From Octopus sinensis (Eukaryota), in NCBI RefSeq assembly GCF_006345805.1, contig NC_043019.1, positions 5,393,360 to 5,457,359 on the forward strand: 64,000 nt of DNA. The letters run 5' to 3'. Numbering within the stretch: position 1 is the first letter of the stretch; the number at the start of each line of letters is the position of its first letter. Under the pieces are notes generated by a model. It had not been told where the DNA came from. It made no database searches and worked only from the letters and a program-made list of their open reading frames with translations. A program made the translations under genes and the position numbers. This document shows, in pieces, positions 1-12,508 of the stretch.

Positions 1-196
1 CCCCGGCGATGTACCGAACGGAAGCTATCTCTAAAAGGATGGGCAGGGGTGGAGAACCCATCCATCACCTCCACCTCTTCGTGATTTATGAATCTGTTTT
101 TATCACATCCCACGTGATCCTTTCTTTCATTGTCAGCCGTTGAAAGCGCCATATTTTTGCTTCTCTGGTTAATAAAGCACTTCTGGCTAATAAAAC

Positions 197-211
197 TTAG
201 TGTTGTTGTTG

Positions 212-243
<32 letters not shown>

Positions 244-485
244 GGGGGTGATGGTGGTGGTGGTGGTGGTGGTCGTCGTCGTCGTGGTGTTTTTTGCTTT
301 TTTTTTGCTCTTGCGGTTGTTGTTATTAGTGATGCCATTGTAGTTGTTGCTGTTGTTGTTGCTGTAATGTTAAAGTTGAATCAATAAAGGATGTGAATTT
401 GGTTGATTGGCTTTCTGCGGGGGTGGAGGTGGAAGGGGTGTGGGTAGGGGAGGTCGGGTGGAAGAAATCAACTCCGATATATTTT

Positions 486-522
<37 letters not shown>

Positions 523-851
523 CTTTTTACTTGTCCCTCAGATAAACACACGCATGCGCATGCACGCACACACACACACCACATTCATACACGCATACAC
601 ACACACATACAAGAACATTGAAATATCTTTTTTTTTTTATTAAACTCTATCGACAAAAAAATTCACAAAAATCTCCGAAATAAAAATATCAATTCAAAGC
701 CGCCATTTAACCATTGTCTGCCAGTCTTGTTCCATGTCGGGGCATTTATTTCAGAACGTCTGTTGACTAAAATTTATGACTGAGGCAGGCTACTACACAC
801 ACGTACACACACACTCACAAACACACACAAACACAAACGCAAACACCCAAA

Positions 852-882
<31 letters not shown>

Positions 883-1203
883 CGCACGCACACACACACA
901 TACGCACACACACGCACACACACACATATAAACACACACACATACACATACACACTCACACACACACACAAACACAAACACACACACGTACACACATGCA
1001 CGCACGCTCACACACACACACATACACAAACACAGAAACACACACATACACACACATACACACACATACACACACACACATATACACACAAACACACACA
1101 CACACAAGCACAAACACAAATGCACACACAAACCACACACAAACCACACACAAACCACACACAAACCACACACAAACCACACACAAACCACACACACACA
1201 CAC
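197..1203. repeat. Compound microsatellite field: (GTT)n/(GGT)n, (CT)n, long degenerate (CA)n with (AAACCACACAC)-like units
   Basis: Directly visible simple repeats; they generate the low-complexity ORFs in the track. Confidence 0.95.
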
Positions 1204-1416
1204 ATCTCCCACTATTAAACTAACGCATGCAGAGTTACTGCTGTTTGGATATAATAAAACCCAAGCAATAAATACGTGAGTGATGGCATCACTTCGGTTA
1301 TGGAGCTGGAATCATAAACTGGTCGAAGCAAGAACTAATAAGAAAGGATACAAAGACTAGGAAAATATTGACAGTGCTCGGAGTATTCCATTCCAAGAGT
1401 GATACCGTTAGTTCGT

Positions 1417-1487
1417 ACATATATACATACATACATACATACATACATACATACATACATACATACATACATACATACAAACATACA

Positions 1488-1516
<29 letters not shown>
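1417..1516. repeat. (TACA)n microsatellite
   Basis: About 25 tandem TACA units. Confidence 0.95.
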
Positions 1517-1517
<1 letters not shown>

Positions 1518-1518
<1 letters not shown>

Positions 1519-1912
1519 CTTTATATATAAAAGAGAGGTTGTGTGCTGTCTGTCTCCTACGATTTAGATTCCTAACTACTCCCACATTTAGCGCTGCAGT
1601 TTAACCAAAACCGGGTATCTTATAGTCGTGATTCATATCGAGCCCTTCTGGGTATTAGCGCGCGTTTACGATGAGTCTACGATAAAAAAAAAAATTTGCC
1701 ATAAATTTTTCCCATTTTTAATGCATTTTTGGCATATATAAGGGAAGTAACTCTCTAAAAATTTATTAAATCTCAGAACGTAAAAAGCTACAGTAACACC
1801 CCCCACCTTTGTGGTTAGCCATATTGAGATGGCTATTATACTTTACATCTCTAAAAATGCTTATATAGTTATTTCCCTTACAAACCCGAGCAACGCCGGG
1901 CGATACTGCTAG
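1518..1912 (+). mobile_element. Non-autonomous Helitron
   Basis: 5' TC at 1518, 3' hairpin CCCGAGCAACGCCGGG then CTAG (1909-1912), inserted between A and T. A second copy lies in reverse at 19444-19840. Confidence 0.85.
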
Positions 1913-1918
1913 TATGTA

Positions 1919-1963
<45 letters not shown>

Positions 1964-1989
1964 TATATGTATATATATATATATTCTAG

Positions 1990-2135
1990 CAAAAACTGTC
2001 CGATGAACGGCAACGGGAAACTTAGAGTAACAGGTTTTGTTGAACTTTCTGCTGCTTTAAATAAAGCATATTACTCTACCACTGGTATTTGAGTACTCTT
2101 TTTTCCACCTTGTTTCACATTTATGTGTTTACTCC

Positions 2136-2138
<3 letters not shown>
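1990..2138 (+). mobile_element. Penelope-like short element (family P2) between (TA)n tracts
   Basis: Near-identical to the reverse complement of 59278-59426; hammerhead-like fold, then AATAAA, then (TA)n. Confidence 0.65.
1996..2033 (+). ncRNA. Minimal type I hammerhead-like motif, core CCGAUGA
   Basis: CTGT-CCGATGA-ACG-gcaa-CGG-GAA-ACTT-a-GAGT-A-ACAG: stem I CTGT/ACAG, GNRA loop, GUA triplet; one mismatch in stem II. Confidence 0.55.
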
Positions 2139-2206
<68 letters not shown>

Positions 2207-2341
2207 TACGACTGGCTTCTTTCAGTTTCCGTCTACCAAATCCACTCACAAGGCTTTGGTCGGCTCGAGGTGCCACGCAGTGGGACTGAACCCGGAACCA
2301 TGTGGTTGGTAAGCGAGCTACTTACCATACAGCCACTCATG

Positions 2342-2374
<33 letters not shown>

Positions 2375-2785
2375 CCTATCTCTCTATCTATCTTGCTTAC
2401 ACCACTTCATTGTCGCCTCCTTTCTTGTTCTAGCTGGAAGGGGGACTTCCTGATTAGCTTCTGGCGATGAGAACGTCGCGAGCTTTTCCGACGACCCTAA
2501 AGTCGTGCCCGGTGTCGCCTTTGCAACATTTGATGTCCTTCTGAATTCTCCTCCAATCTTTTCTGAAAACTTTGCTTTCGTGGTTTGTTGCTGTTGTTTT
2601 ACCTTTTAAAAGTTTCCCGGACACCCTACCAACCCCTAGCTTAAATGGCTTTTACCCTGGGCAACAGTTATACTCCCTCCTAATCATTCCCTATAGCCCT
2701 CATCATGTGTTCTTCCCACATGAAAATTCTATCTCTCACCTATCACACTGTACTTCTATTCTCTTTTTACTTCATCAGAGGTATT

Positions 2786-2934
2786 GGTCTTCCTCGCCTC
2801 ACATGTGGTCTTCCTCGCCTCACATGTGGTCTTCCTCGCCTCACATATAGTCTTCCTCACCTCACATGTGGTCTTCCTCGCCTCACGTGTAGTCTTCCTC
2901 GCCTCACATGTGGTCTTCCTCGCCTCACATGTGG
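2786..2934. repeat. 21-bp minisatellite, 7 copies (GGTCTTCCTCGCCTCACATGT)
   Basis: Tandem units read directly, with a few single-base variants. Confidence 0.95.
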
Positions 2935-3005
2935 CATTCATTAAACACAGTTATGTTTCTATGTTAACTTACCCATTCATCAACATCTCTCTTTCCATTG
3001 TGCAG

Positions 3006-3186
3006 CCTTCATCACATGTTGGTCTCCCTACATGATATTCTGTCTGCTACAAGTCTACGGAATGATACCCAACACACATACCATGCTGGCCATCGCCACA
3101 TTCTTCCAGAGCTTGGCACCACTGAATTCTGTTGCCAATCCCATCATTTACGGCATCTTCAATTTATGTGACTGTAAGAATACAAG
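3006..3186 (+). CDS. CCAP-R: Class A GPCR (CCAP/NPS-receptor-like), internal exon encoding TM6-ECL3-TM7
   Basis: Acceptor tgcag|CC, donor AG|gtaagt. Translates [59 protein letters not shown], with CWxP and NPxxY motifs; [12 protein letters not shown] is recalled as characteristic of CCAP receptors. Confidence 0.85.
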
Positions 3187-3277
3187 GTAAGTCGCTCACT
3201 TTCCTCCCTTTTTTTTTCTTTCAGTTCACTTTACTGTCTGTCTGTCTGTCTGTTTATTTTCTCCTTCTCTCTCCCTC

Positions 3278-3348
<71 letters not shown>

Positions 3349-3594
3349 TGTAATATAATTAAATGGAATGCAATACACACACGCACACAAATATGCATAT
3401 ACGTAAACATACACACACACACAAATGTATATACATTTATATATATGCATATATGTATATGTCTTCCTCTTTTCTCTCCTCTTTCTCTCTACCACCCCTC
3501 TCTTAATCCCCTCTCTCTCCCTCTCTCCCTCCCCTCTCTCTACCTATCTGTCTATATATATATATATATATATATATACGCATGTATGTGTGTG

Positions 3595-3640
<46 letters not shown>

Positions 3641-3770
3641 TATATATACGCTTGAGGACAGTGATGGGGATCAGGTATTTGGAGTGTGAGGGTGGGTGTA
3701 TTGGGAGTTTGATGTGAGGGGCGGTCAAAATAAAGAGGCGAAGGGAGACCAATTTTCTATTTTGCATTCA

Positions 3771-4125
3771 GCCTCAGACTGGGAGATGTCAGTGGACTTA
3801 AGGGGAAAACTCGTCTTCCCAGAGTAGATTATGGTAACAGACATGTTCCTATTCTCCAGGAATACAAAACAATCGTCGCGGTCGAACTCACAGATCCCTG
3901 GGAGGACAGACACGATATTTTCCATCAGGTAAAGAAATCGAAATATCAGGACTTGGCCAAGGTTTTGTCAAGCGCTGGCATGCAACCCCATTCCTCACTG
4001 AAGTCAGCTGCACAGTTATATCAGTGCGTTATTTCCTGTAGAAGATAGGTCTGGAACCCAGACAACTGAAGAAAGCCATCAAGGTAATAGGTATGACAAC
4101 TGAAACTAGCTCAAGATGGATATTA
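3771..4125 (+). mobile_element. HERO-like non-LTR retrotransposon 3' fragment (restriction-like endonuclease), degraded
   Basis: Across frameshifts reads ASDWEMSVDLRGKLVFPE*...TIVAVELTDPWEDRHDIFHQVKKSKYQDLA...KIGLEPRQLKKAIKVIGMTTETSSRWI, resembling the DWxxxVDL...FP...ELTVPWE...KY...ASRW pattern of HERO-clade endonucleases. Confidence 0.7.
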
Positions 4126-4129
4126 TTTC

Positions 4130-4347
4130 TTTATTGCCCACAAGGGGCTAAACATAGAGGGGACAAACAAGAACAGACAAAGGGATTGAGTCGATAACAT
4201 CAACCCCAGTGCGTAACTGGTACTTAATTTATCGACCCCGAAAGGATGAAAGGCAAAGTCGACCTCGGCGGAATTTGAACTCAGAACGTAACGGCAGACG
4301 AAATACCGCTAAGCATTTCGCCCAGCATGCTAACGTTTCTGCCAGCA
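4130..4347 (-). mobile_element. tRNA-derived SINE family B (GGCGGCGAGCTGGCAGAAACG...AAAGAAATA)
   Basis: B-box GAGTTCAAATTCC. Further copies at about 24990-25260, 25345-25630, 36840-37045, 44227-44481, 55840-56350 and 58215-58465. Confidence 0.85.
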
Positions 4348-4429
4348 GATGGATATGGTTGATAAAGGACCACAATTTGAACCCTTCCGCTGGTGAAGAC
4401 TAGCTTAGGGTTCGCAGCCCTGCTGAGGT

Positions 4430-4890
4430 AAAGTGTATAGACAAAGAGGCGAAACGCTCGTGACTCTGAGATACAGGCTGACGATGCAGAAGGGTTTCTG
4501 GCATTGTAATGGATTTAGAAGAGCGTGCAAAACCTGAGTAGCTCCTGTAATTTCCGTATGGGGCAAAGCATCTCTTATCAAAGTAAGTGCTATTATTGCA
4601 CAACAATGCACGCCCACATACGGTCGTCCCTAGATCGAAACCATTGAAAAATTGGGTTTTGAGTTGCTGGAATATCCTGCATGCAGTCCAGATCTCGTCG
4701 CTTCCGACGATCTCTTCTTTGGACTGCCCAAGCATTCTTTACGAGGCCGTGGATTTGCTACGGACGAAGTGCAGGAAGCGGTGCATCAATGCTTGCTTGA
4801 CAAGCGGAAAAACATTTCCGATGAAATAAGCAAACCTGCGGATCACTGGAAAAAGTGCATCAAAAGGCAAGGTGACCGTAGCGAAAAATG
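4430..4890 (+). pseudogene. Mariner transposase C-terminal fragment
   Basis: LLLHNNARPH (from HDNARPH) and YPACSPDLVASDDLFFGLPKHSLRG (from YSPDLAPSDY...L...LRG), frameshifted. Confidence 0.8.
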
Positions 4891-5414
4891 ATGTAATTGT
4901 TCACACCTTGATTTTATTTTCATAAATTGCAAAAACAAGAATACGTATAACTTTTAACTTACACTACTAGATGCATACACACACACACTGACAAACATAT
5001 ATACATACGGTGCGAATGGTTTTGTCATACGGTGCCGAGTTTTACAATCTTGTAAATAAAAATGGGAAGCACTCCGTCGGTTACGACGACGAGGGTTCCG
5101 GTTGATCCGAATCAACGGAACAGCCTGCTCGTGAAATTAACGTGTAAGTGGCTGAGCACTCCACAGACACGTGTACCCTTAACGTAGTTCTCGGGGATAT
5201 TCAACGAAAAAATAAAGATAATGGTATTTTTATATAAGCTTAAAGCTTATGGCGATCACCGTGCAAATGACTGAGGAAAATATTCTAATAATGGGGCATA
5301 CAAGCCCTCGACAGAAAAAACGTAGGCTTTCCCATCCACGTGGGACTCGAACCCACATCCCTTTGTTAACGCAACTAAGTGTGTTACCATTACACCAGTG
5401 AATTAGCCTCCCTG

Positions 5415-5824
5415 TATACCCATCATGACTACCCGTCTGATAAGGGTACACCAGGCACATGCACCACAACCATATGTGCGCGACATGCTGACTTTATATC
5501 AAGATAAACAGCACTTGACCTTGCAGGTGGGACCCATCCCACTCAAAAGGTCCCTAAATAAGAGTTGTTTAAAGATGTTGAATGAAGCACGCATGTTTCC
5601 AAAGGTGAATCATCCAAACTCCAAAGAATTCCTTTCAACACATGATGCTCCCCACTACTTCAGCTCGTGATCAGAGATGTATATTTTGTCAGCCACTAAA
5701 GGACATGTTCAACTGGTATTGAGCAGAATATTTGCTGTAGCCCATATTTTATACCAAGACAAAACAGTGTTCATGGTAACACTTCCAATCAGTTAAGATC
5801 AGAAGCCACGAGAGCCCACTGCAC
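5415..5824. mobile_element. Truncated copy of the ~555-bp (TAA)n-associated non-autonomous element
   Basis: Clearly homologous to 12509-13063; abuts (TAT)n at 5825. Confidence 0.8.

Positions 5825-5891
<67 letters not shown>
5825..5891. repeat. (TAT)n / (AAT)n tract at the 3' end of the R4/Dong element
   Basis: About 22 triplets. Confidence 0.95.
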
Positions 5892-5894
<3 letters not shown>

Positions 5895-8800
5895 TAGTTT
5901 TATTTTTATAGCGTGCTTTCACTTCACTACCGAGCGCAGCTCTGTGTGCCTTGGGTATGTGCTGTGATTTGTTGTGATGCTCTGATGGTTATTGTATGGA
6001 AAGTGTTCTGCGTAGGATGTGTGCAGTGCCTAGTAGTGCAATTTTCTGTATGTTATATGTGTTTGTAAGTCCTGGTGTTTTTGTTATGTATTTGTCTGAA
6101 TATTTTTTTATCATGCCTAATGCACCTACTATGATAGGAATTGTTTCTGTTTTCAGATTCCACATTCTAGTTACCTCTATTTCCAGGTCTTTGTATTTTG
6201 AGAGTTTCTCCATTTCTTTTAGAGACACGTTGTCATCAGCCGGTATTGATACATCAATTAGAAAACATTTTTTTTCTTCATGATCTCTGACAACTATATC
6301 TGGTCTGTTGGCCTTAATTTCTCTATCTGTGTGTATCGGCATATCCCAGAGTATGGTTGCTTTCTCGTTTTCTGTGACCTTTTCTGGTGTGTGCCTATAC
6401 CATCTTTTTTCTGTTGTTATTCCATAATGTTGGCATAGCTTCCAATGTATGTAGGTTCCAACTCTGTCATGTCTGTGAATATATTCCTTCTTAGCCAAGA
6501 CTGGGCAGCTAGAGATAATATGATTTATTGTTTCTTGTCCATCTCCACATATTCTGCAGTTACTTGTAATATTTCTTTTCATTACATGTTTTTGGTAATT
6601 TCTGGTGGGGAGGCTTTGGTCTTGTGCTGCAATTAAAAATCCCTCTGTTTCTGCTTTGAGTCCTGAGCTTCTCAACCATTCCTGGGATTTTTCTTTGTCT
6701 ATTTCTTTTGCGTTTAGTTTAGTCCAGTATTTACCATGAAGGGGCTTTTCTTGCCATCGTTTTATCATGGTTCGTTGCTGTTCTATTTTTAGTTTGGATT
6801 TCATTTGTTTTATAGCTTTTGTTGTTTCTTCATCTTCTCTTCTTCTTCATGTTTATTAGGTGGTATGATTTCTTGTTTGTATTTGTCAGCTTCCTTAAAT
6901 ACTGAGAACAGTTTTTTGTTTTGCTCGTGTTTTGCCGCTATCTGGATCAGTTTTCCTTCCTTCTGAAGTAGATATTTTTGCAGTCCTATGGTGGTTATTT
7001 TATAGTAGTTTTCCAGCTATATAAGGCCTCTACCACCTTCTATACGTTGTATATATAGTCTTTCTATGTCAGATTTTGGGTGATGCATCCTAGATCCTGT
7101 CATTATTTTTCTTGTTTTCCTATCTATTTGGTCAGTTCATTTCGTGTCCAGTTAAGGATATTGTAGCTGTAACTTATAACTGGGACAGCTAAAGTGTTGA
7201 TACCTATTATCTTGTTTTTAGCATTGAGCTCTGTGTTTAGTATTGATCTAACTCGTCTATAATATTCTTTTTTTATTTTCTCTTTCATTTGTGTGTGTTG
7301 TGTCTTATCTAGTTCATGGATTCCTAAGTATTTGTAAGTTTGGCTTTGGTCTAATTCTTTTATTTCATTGGTTTTATCTAGTGTGATGTTGTTACTCTTA
7401 ACTAGTTTTCCTCTTTTCAGGGTTACTTTGGCGCATTTTTCTAATCCAAATTTCATATCTATTTCTTTGGTAAATCCATGAACTGTCTTTAATAGTGTTT
7501 CCAGCTGTTTGTCATTTGCAGCGTATAGTTTTAGGTCATCCATATATAAAAGGTGGCTGGTCGTTTTGCCGTAACATTTATATCCGCATCCAGTTCTATT
7601 TAGCATATCAGATAGAGGTGACAGTGCCAAGCAGAAAAGGAGTGGAGAGAGCGCGTGTCTCCCTGGAATATTCCTCTTCTAATGGGGATGTCTTTGGTTT
7701 TCATGAGTCCCTCTTTTGTTTAGAGGTGTAGGACTGTTTGCCATTTATTCATAGAGTGCTCTATGAATTTTATGATTGTTGGTGCTACTTTGTTAATGGC
7801 TAGTGTTTCGAGGATCCATGTGTGGGGGATGCTATCAAATGCCTTTTTGTAGTCAATCCAGGCCATACTGAGGCCTTTCTTCTTTCTGTGGCTGTCTTCA
7901 GTTACGGCTTTATTAATCATTAGTTGATCTTTACAGCCATATGAGCCTTTGCGGCATCCTTTCTGCTCTTCTGGGAACAGTTTTTTTTTCGTCCAGGTGC
8001 TTGTTCAGCCTTTGTGATATCACTGCAGTAAATGCCTTGAACATAGTAGGGAGGCAGGTTATTGGTCTGTAGTTTTCTGGTTTTGCTGTTTCATTTGATT
8101 TGGGAATTAAGATGGTTTTCCCCTTCGTGAGCCATTCAGGCATTGTCTCTGGCTCTGCTAGTACTTTGTTAAAGTTTTCAGCCAGCTTTTTGTGCATTCC
8201 TGTTAGATATTTCAACCAGAAGTTGGGGATCTTGTCATGCCCAGGTGCCTTCCAGTTGCTTAGTCTTTGCAGTGCTTGGGTGACCTCTTCAGTTGTTATG
8301 GGGGTCCAAAGTTGTTCAGATGCCGAGTTTGTTATTCTGATACTCCTTTTTTTTTGGTGGTTCGTTCGCCGACCATATTTCTCCCCAGAATTCTTCCAAT
8401 TCTTCTGCCGTTGGTGCTGCAGTGACTTCTATTTTATTTTTTCCCAGTTCTTGGTAGAGCTTTTTGGGGTTAGAGTTGAACTTTTTGTTTTCTTCAAAGA
8501 AGCGTTGGTGTTTCTTGTACCGGCGGATCCTTTGTGCTTTGGCAAGGATATCTTGCTTCAGCTTTTCTTTTATTTCAGGCAAATCTTTCTCTGTGATGTT
8601 ATATTTGCGGAGTATTTTTGTTCTCTTTTTGTTGCTCAGTAGCGTTGATTCTTTGCTGATTTCATTAAGAATCGACAGGTCTTTTCTAATTTTTTTTATT
8701 TTGCTTTGGATGTTATTTATCCACAGGGTTTGTTTGGGTGGTGGTACTCCTGTTTGGGCGGGTTTGGGTGAGTATCCAGCTTCTTTTGTGGCTGCAGTGG

Positions 8801-9858
8801 CTGCTGCGTATATTAGGTTATTTAGCTCAGTGATATCACTTTTTTTTGATTCAGTGGCTATCAGTTCAGTGACGGCTAGGTTTATGCTGTTTATAATAGG
8901 TGTTGTTATTTTGTTTATTTTGATTCTTGGGAGGTATGGTCGGTGGTCCATTTGAGCTCTGTGGTTTTTCAGTTCTTTGATTATTTTATTTTTATATTAT
9001 CATAATCATTAGGCTCCCCTTCGTTGTTTACATCGTGTTTGTTGGGAATGTTGCGTTTGTCTTCGTGTTTTACAGTTTCAGTGTTTATATTATTGGGCAT
9101 TGTTGTGTGGCTTCTATCTACATTTTCCTGGTGTATGTTTTCTTTTAGGTGTTCTATTTCTATTTCTGATATTTTTTTTTGTGTTGAGAATGTATCTTCG
9201 TACGTTAGCTAATTTATTAGGGTTCATTGCTGTATCCAAGTCTATATCTCTATTATTTTCCTTCCATATTTTATATGTATGTGTTGTTGTATTTTCATTT
9301 TTTGGGTAGAGTACTGCTGTGAAGTATGCGTGTAAGATAGAAATGTATTCCTCACGTGTCCATTTACGTCTTTTGGGTTTTATTTGCGGGACATGAGGTA
9401 CAACGTCCGGCCCATTATTTTGACGGTCGTCATTTTCGTAGGGTACCGGTCCGTTTATTTCTGTTGTCACATTATTTCGCACGTGTAGTTTTTTGTACAT
9501 TTTTTGTTGTAAGTTTAATGTACGTACCGCTCGATTGTTATTCTTGGGTTGAATAGTATCGGTGGCATTTAATTTATTCGTAGTTCCTTTGTACATGGTG
9601 TTTGGGGTCGGAGATGATCGTGATGTTCCACGCATGTTTACATGTGTTGCGTTAAAGGCGGAGATGATATCGAGTCAAAATACATCATTTCATTTCGAAA
9701 ATAGTAATAAATTTCAATTAGTATTACTTACTCGGATACAGTCCAATTCTTTGTTAGTAAAACTTTGGCTCCATAGGATGTCCTTGTTTTCGATGTTTGT
9801 GGATAGATTTCGGAGCTCTGAATTTTCCTTCTTACATCTTAAACGTCCCCGGTGTTCC
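5892..9858 (-). mobile_element. Near full-length R4/Dong-clade non-LTR retrotransposon (RT plus C-terminal CCHC and restriction-like endonuclease), ORF disrupted
   Basis: N-terminal RRKWTREE; NWKAPGHDKIPNFWLKYL; NYRPITCLPT; WIDYKKAFDSIPH; RGIFQGD; LYMDDLKLYA; CRICG...ETINHIISSC; RHDRV...RPDIV...LIDVSIP...KY. Short 3'UTR with AATAAA; flanked by (AAT)n on both sides. Confidence 0.9.
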
Positions 9859-9910
<52 letters not shown>

Positions 9911-9944
9911 CATCATTATTATTATTATTATCATTATTATTACT

Positions 9945-10002
<58 letters not shown>
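9859..10002. repeat. (TAT)n tract between two R4/Dong elements
   Basis: About 47 triplets with CAT/TAG interruptions. Confidence 0.95.
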
Positions 10003-10003
<1 letters not shown>

Positions 10004-12285
10004 ATACAGACAGTACTTTACGCAATATGCGTGCAGTTCCAAGTAATGCCGACTTTTGCAATACATGTGGATTGGAGGGTATCTCTAAGGTTTTCAGATT
10101 TTCCTTTTACAGATTGGGTGGTATTGAACCTAATGCTCCGATGACAAATAGAGATAACCTTTATGTTCGACTATCGTAGCTGCCACATCTTAGCGATCTC
10201 AGTTTTCAGTTCTCCATATTTATCAACTTTTTCTCTTTCTTACGTTGATTATTAGGCACTCTTGTTTGTACCTCGGTGCTCTAACACTTTGTTTGGAAAT
10301 CAGAGTCCCGGAGGATTTTTGCCTTCCCCTTTTCGTCCATTATATTTTCCGGTGTATGTTGGTACCAAGCACCCGTTACCTCGTATCCATACTTCCAGCA
10401 TAGTAGCCAGTGAAGGTTTTGGGATACCTTGTCATGTCTGCGCTGGTACTCTTTCTGCGCAAGACTTTCACAAGCACTAACAATGTGAGTCACGCTTTCA
10501 ACCCTCTTCCCACACATTCTGCAGCGGTTCGTTGCTCTTGTATGGTATATATATCCCTTTTCACAAAGTTGGTATTCAATACCTGATCCTACGCAGCGAT
10601 GATTAGGCTTTCGGTTTTCTTCTTTAGGTCACCCTTGCTGATCCACCTCTATTATGCTTCCCGGTCTTTTAATTTCTTAGATTCACGGTGGAACTGACCA
10701 TGTAATTCCCATGCAGAGTAGGGTTTCTTCTCTCTCGTTGGCTATTCGTGATCGGAGTTCATTAGCACTCTCGAGTCCATTTTTGTTAAATTCTTCTACA
10801 TTAACAGCATACCGAAGCAGGTCTTGTTTTCTGTTTACCAAATATTCTGCCATGTTTCTCGTTTCACTGTTGATGCACTCCCGTACGCTGATCAACCCAC
10901 GTCCACCTTTACACCCCTTCATGTAAAGCCTGTGTACGTTCGCCTTAGGGTGGATGGCACCATATATTGTCATTGTCTTTCGGGTAGTGCGATGGAGTTG
11001 GTTAATATTTGCTTGTGTCCATTTCAGGATGGCTGCACTGTAGCGGACTACAGCAACAGCCCTTAAGTTGATGGCAGTCCCAAAGTTCCTTGAGTTGAGT
11101 TTTGATTTCAAGAGAAGTTTGAGGCGCTTCAAATATGCAGTGATGACCTCGTCTTTCATTTCTCTGTGCAAGATATTGTCCAGCTCTAGGATCCCAAGGT
11201 ACTTGTACCCATCATCATCCGGGTTTTCCTTTCTCTCTCCGTTTGGCAATTCTATACCCCTACAATCTGCTCTTTTCTCCCGTTCCAAAGTGAGCACCGC
11301 ACACTTCGAGATACCGAATTCCATCCCAATATCCTTGCAGCACATCTCTACAGTCTCAACCAGCCTCTCCATTTCAGGTTCTGCTTTTGCGAACAGTTTT
11401 GAATCATTTATGAAGACGAGGTCCATTCTTTCTCAGATCGTAGTGCGCGTTGACTTGTATTAACTTCAGGATGTTGTGGGAGACCTTTAGCAGTTTAAGG
11501 CATCCAATAAACCACGAGTGTGTGACCATGTCATATGCTTTCCTGTAGTCCACCCATGCCATCGCCAAATTTTGTGGCTCATCTTGCAATCCCCCAGGAT
11601 AGTCTTATCGATTAGTCATTGATCTTTCGTTCCTCTGCTCTTACATCTACACCCTTCTTGCTCCACTGGCAGCAAGTCGTTTTCATCTAGGTACTTATAG
11701 ATGCTGTTTCCACATCACTGGCAAACAAGATATTGGTCGGGAGTTTTCAACCGCACTCCCTTTACTTGGGTCCCTCAGGCATAGTACCGTTCTTCCTTTT
11801 GTCATCCAAGCCAGTACTTGGATGTCACTACTCAGTATTTCGACCATCTGTCTCGCAATTCTCCTGTGCAGAGCTGTCAAGTCTTTAAGCCAAAAGCCCT
11901 GGACCTCATCTGGATTAGGTGCTTTCCAGTTAGGAATGTTCCTGCACCGATCTCTAATCATCTCCACGGTTATTCTCAAATCTTCCTGCAGATACTCTCC
12001 ACTCTCCTCTTTGAGTGTCTTTAACCACTCTCCTCTTCAGTTTCCTGTTGTTTCTCCTCAGACAATATGTTTGACCAGAATCTTTTGCTTCCTTCAGCTT
12101 TTTCGCCTTTACTCTCCTATCCAGTTCCTAATCTCTGTTCTGCTCAATTCTCTGTTCCCATCTCTTTAGTTTATTCGCTTCAGCTTCCAGCCTCTCTCTT
12201 AATTCCTCAATCGCAACATTGATTCCTTTTCTCTTCACCCGATTCTTCCTCTCAAGCTCAACAAATTTATCTCGCTGGACTTAAT
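10003..12285 (-). mobile_element. Second, older, 5'-truncated R4/Dong-type element (different subfamily)
   Basis: NWKAPNPDEVQGFWLK, SRPISCLPVMWK, AWVDYRKAYDMV, FINDSKLFAK, YKYLGILE, ESVTHIVSAC...RRHDKV, QKSALLGTARILRKVL; many stops and frameshifts. Confidence 0.85.
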
Positions 12286-12289
12286 TTCT

Positions 12290-12416
12290 TTTTCTTCTTC
12301 TTCTTCTTCTTCTTCTTCTTCTCTTCTTCTTCTTCTTCTTCTCCTCCTCCTTCTTCTCCTCCTCCTTCTCCTCCTCCTCCTCCTCCTCCTCCTCCTCCTC
12401 CTCCTCCTCCTCCTCC

Positions 12417-12483
<67 letters not shown>

Positions 12484-12508
12484 CATTATTATTATTATTA
12501 TTATCATT
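12290..12508. repeat. Graded triplet microsatellite (TTC)n-(CTC)n-(CAT)n-(TAT)n
   Basis: Directly visible; adjacent units differ by one base. Confidence 0.95.

Noticed and set aside
130-1604. ORFs rich in V/C/H/T/Y from the ORF track (also near 9839-10066, 12235, 13031, 16650)
   Set aside because: Translations of microsatellites; no splice or homology support.
2400-2560. Possible 5' fragment of another RLE retrotransposon on the minus strand (ARTRKEATMKW)
   Set aside because: Resemblance is too weak to support without a search.
5320-5400. tRNA gene on the minus strand
   Set aside because: A and B boxes are present but no coherent cloverleaf; more likely a SINE head fragment.
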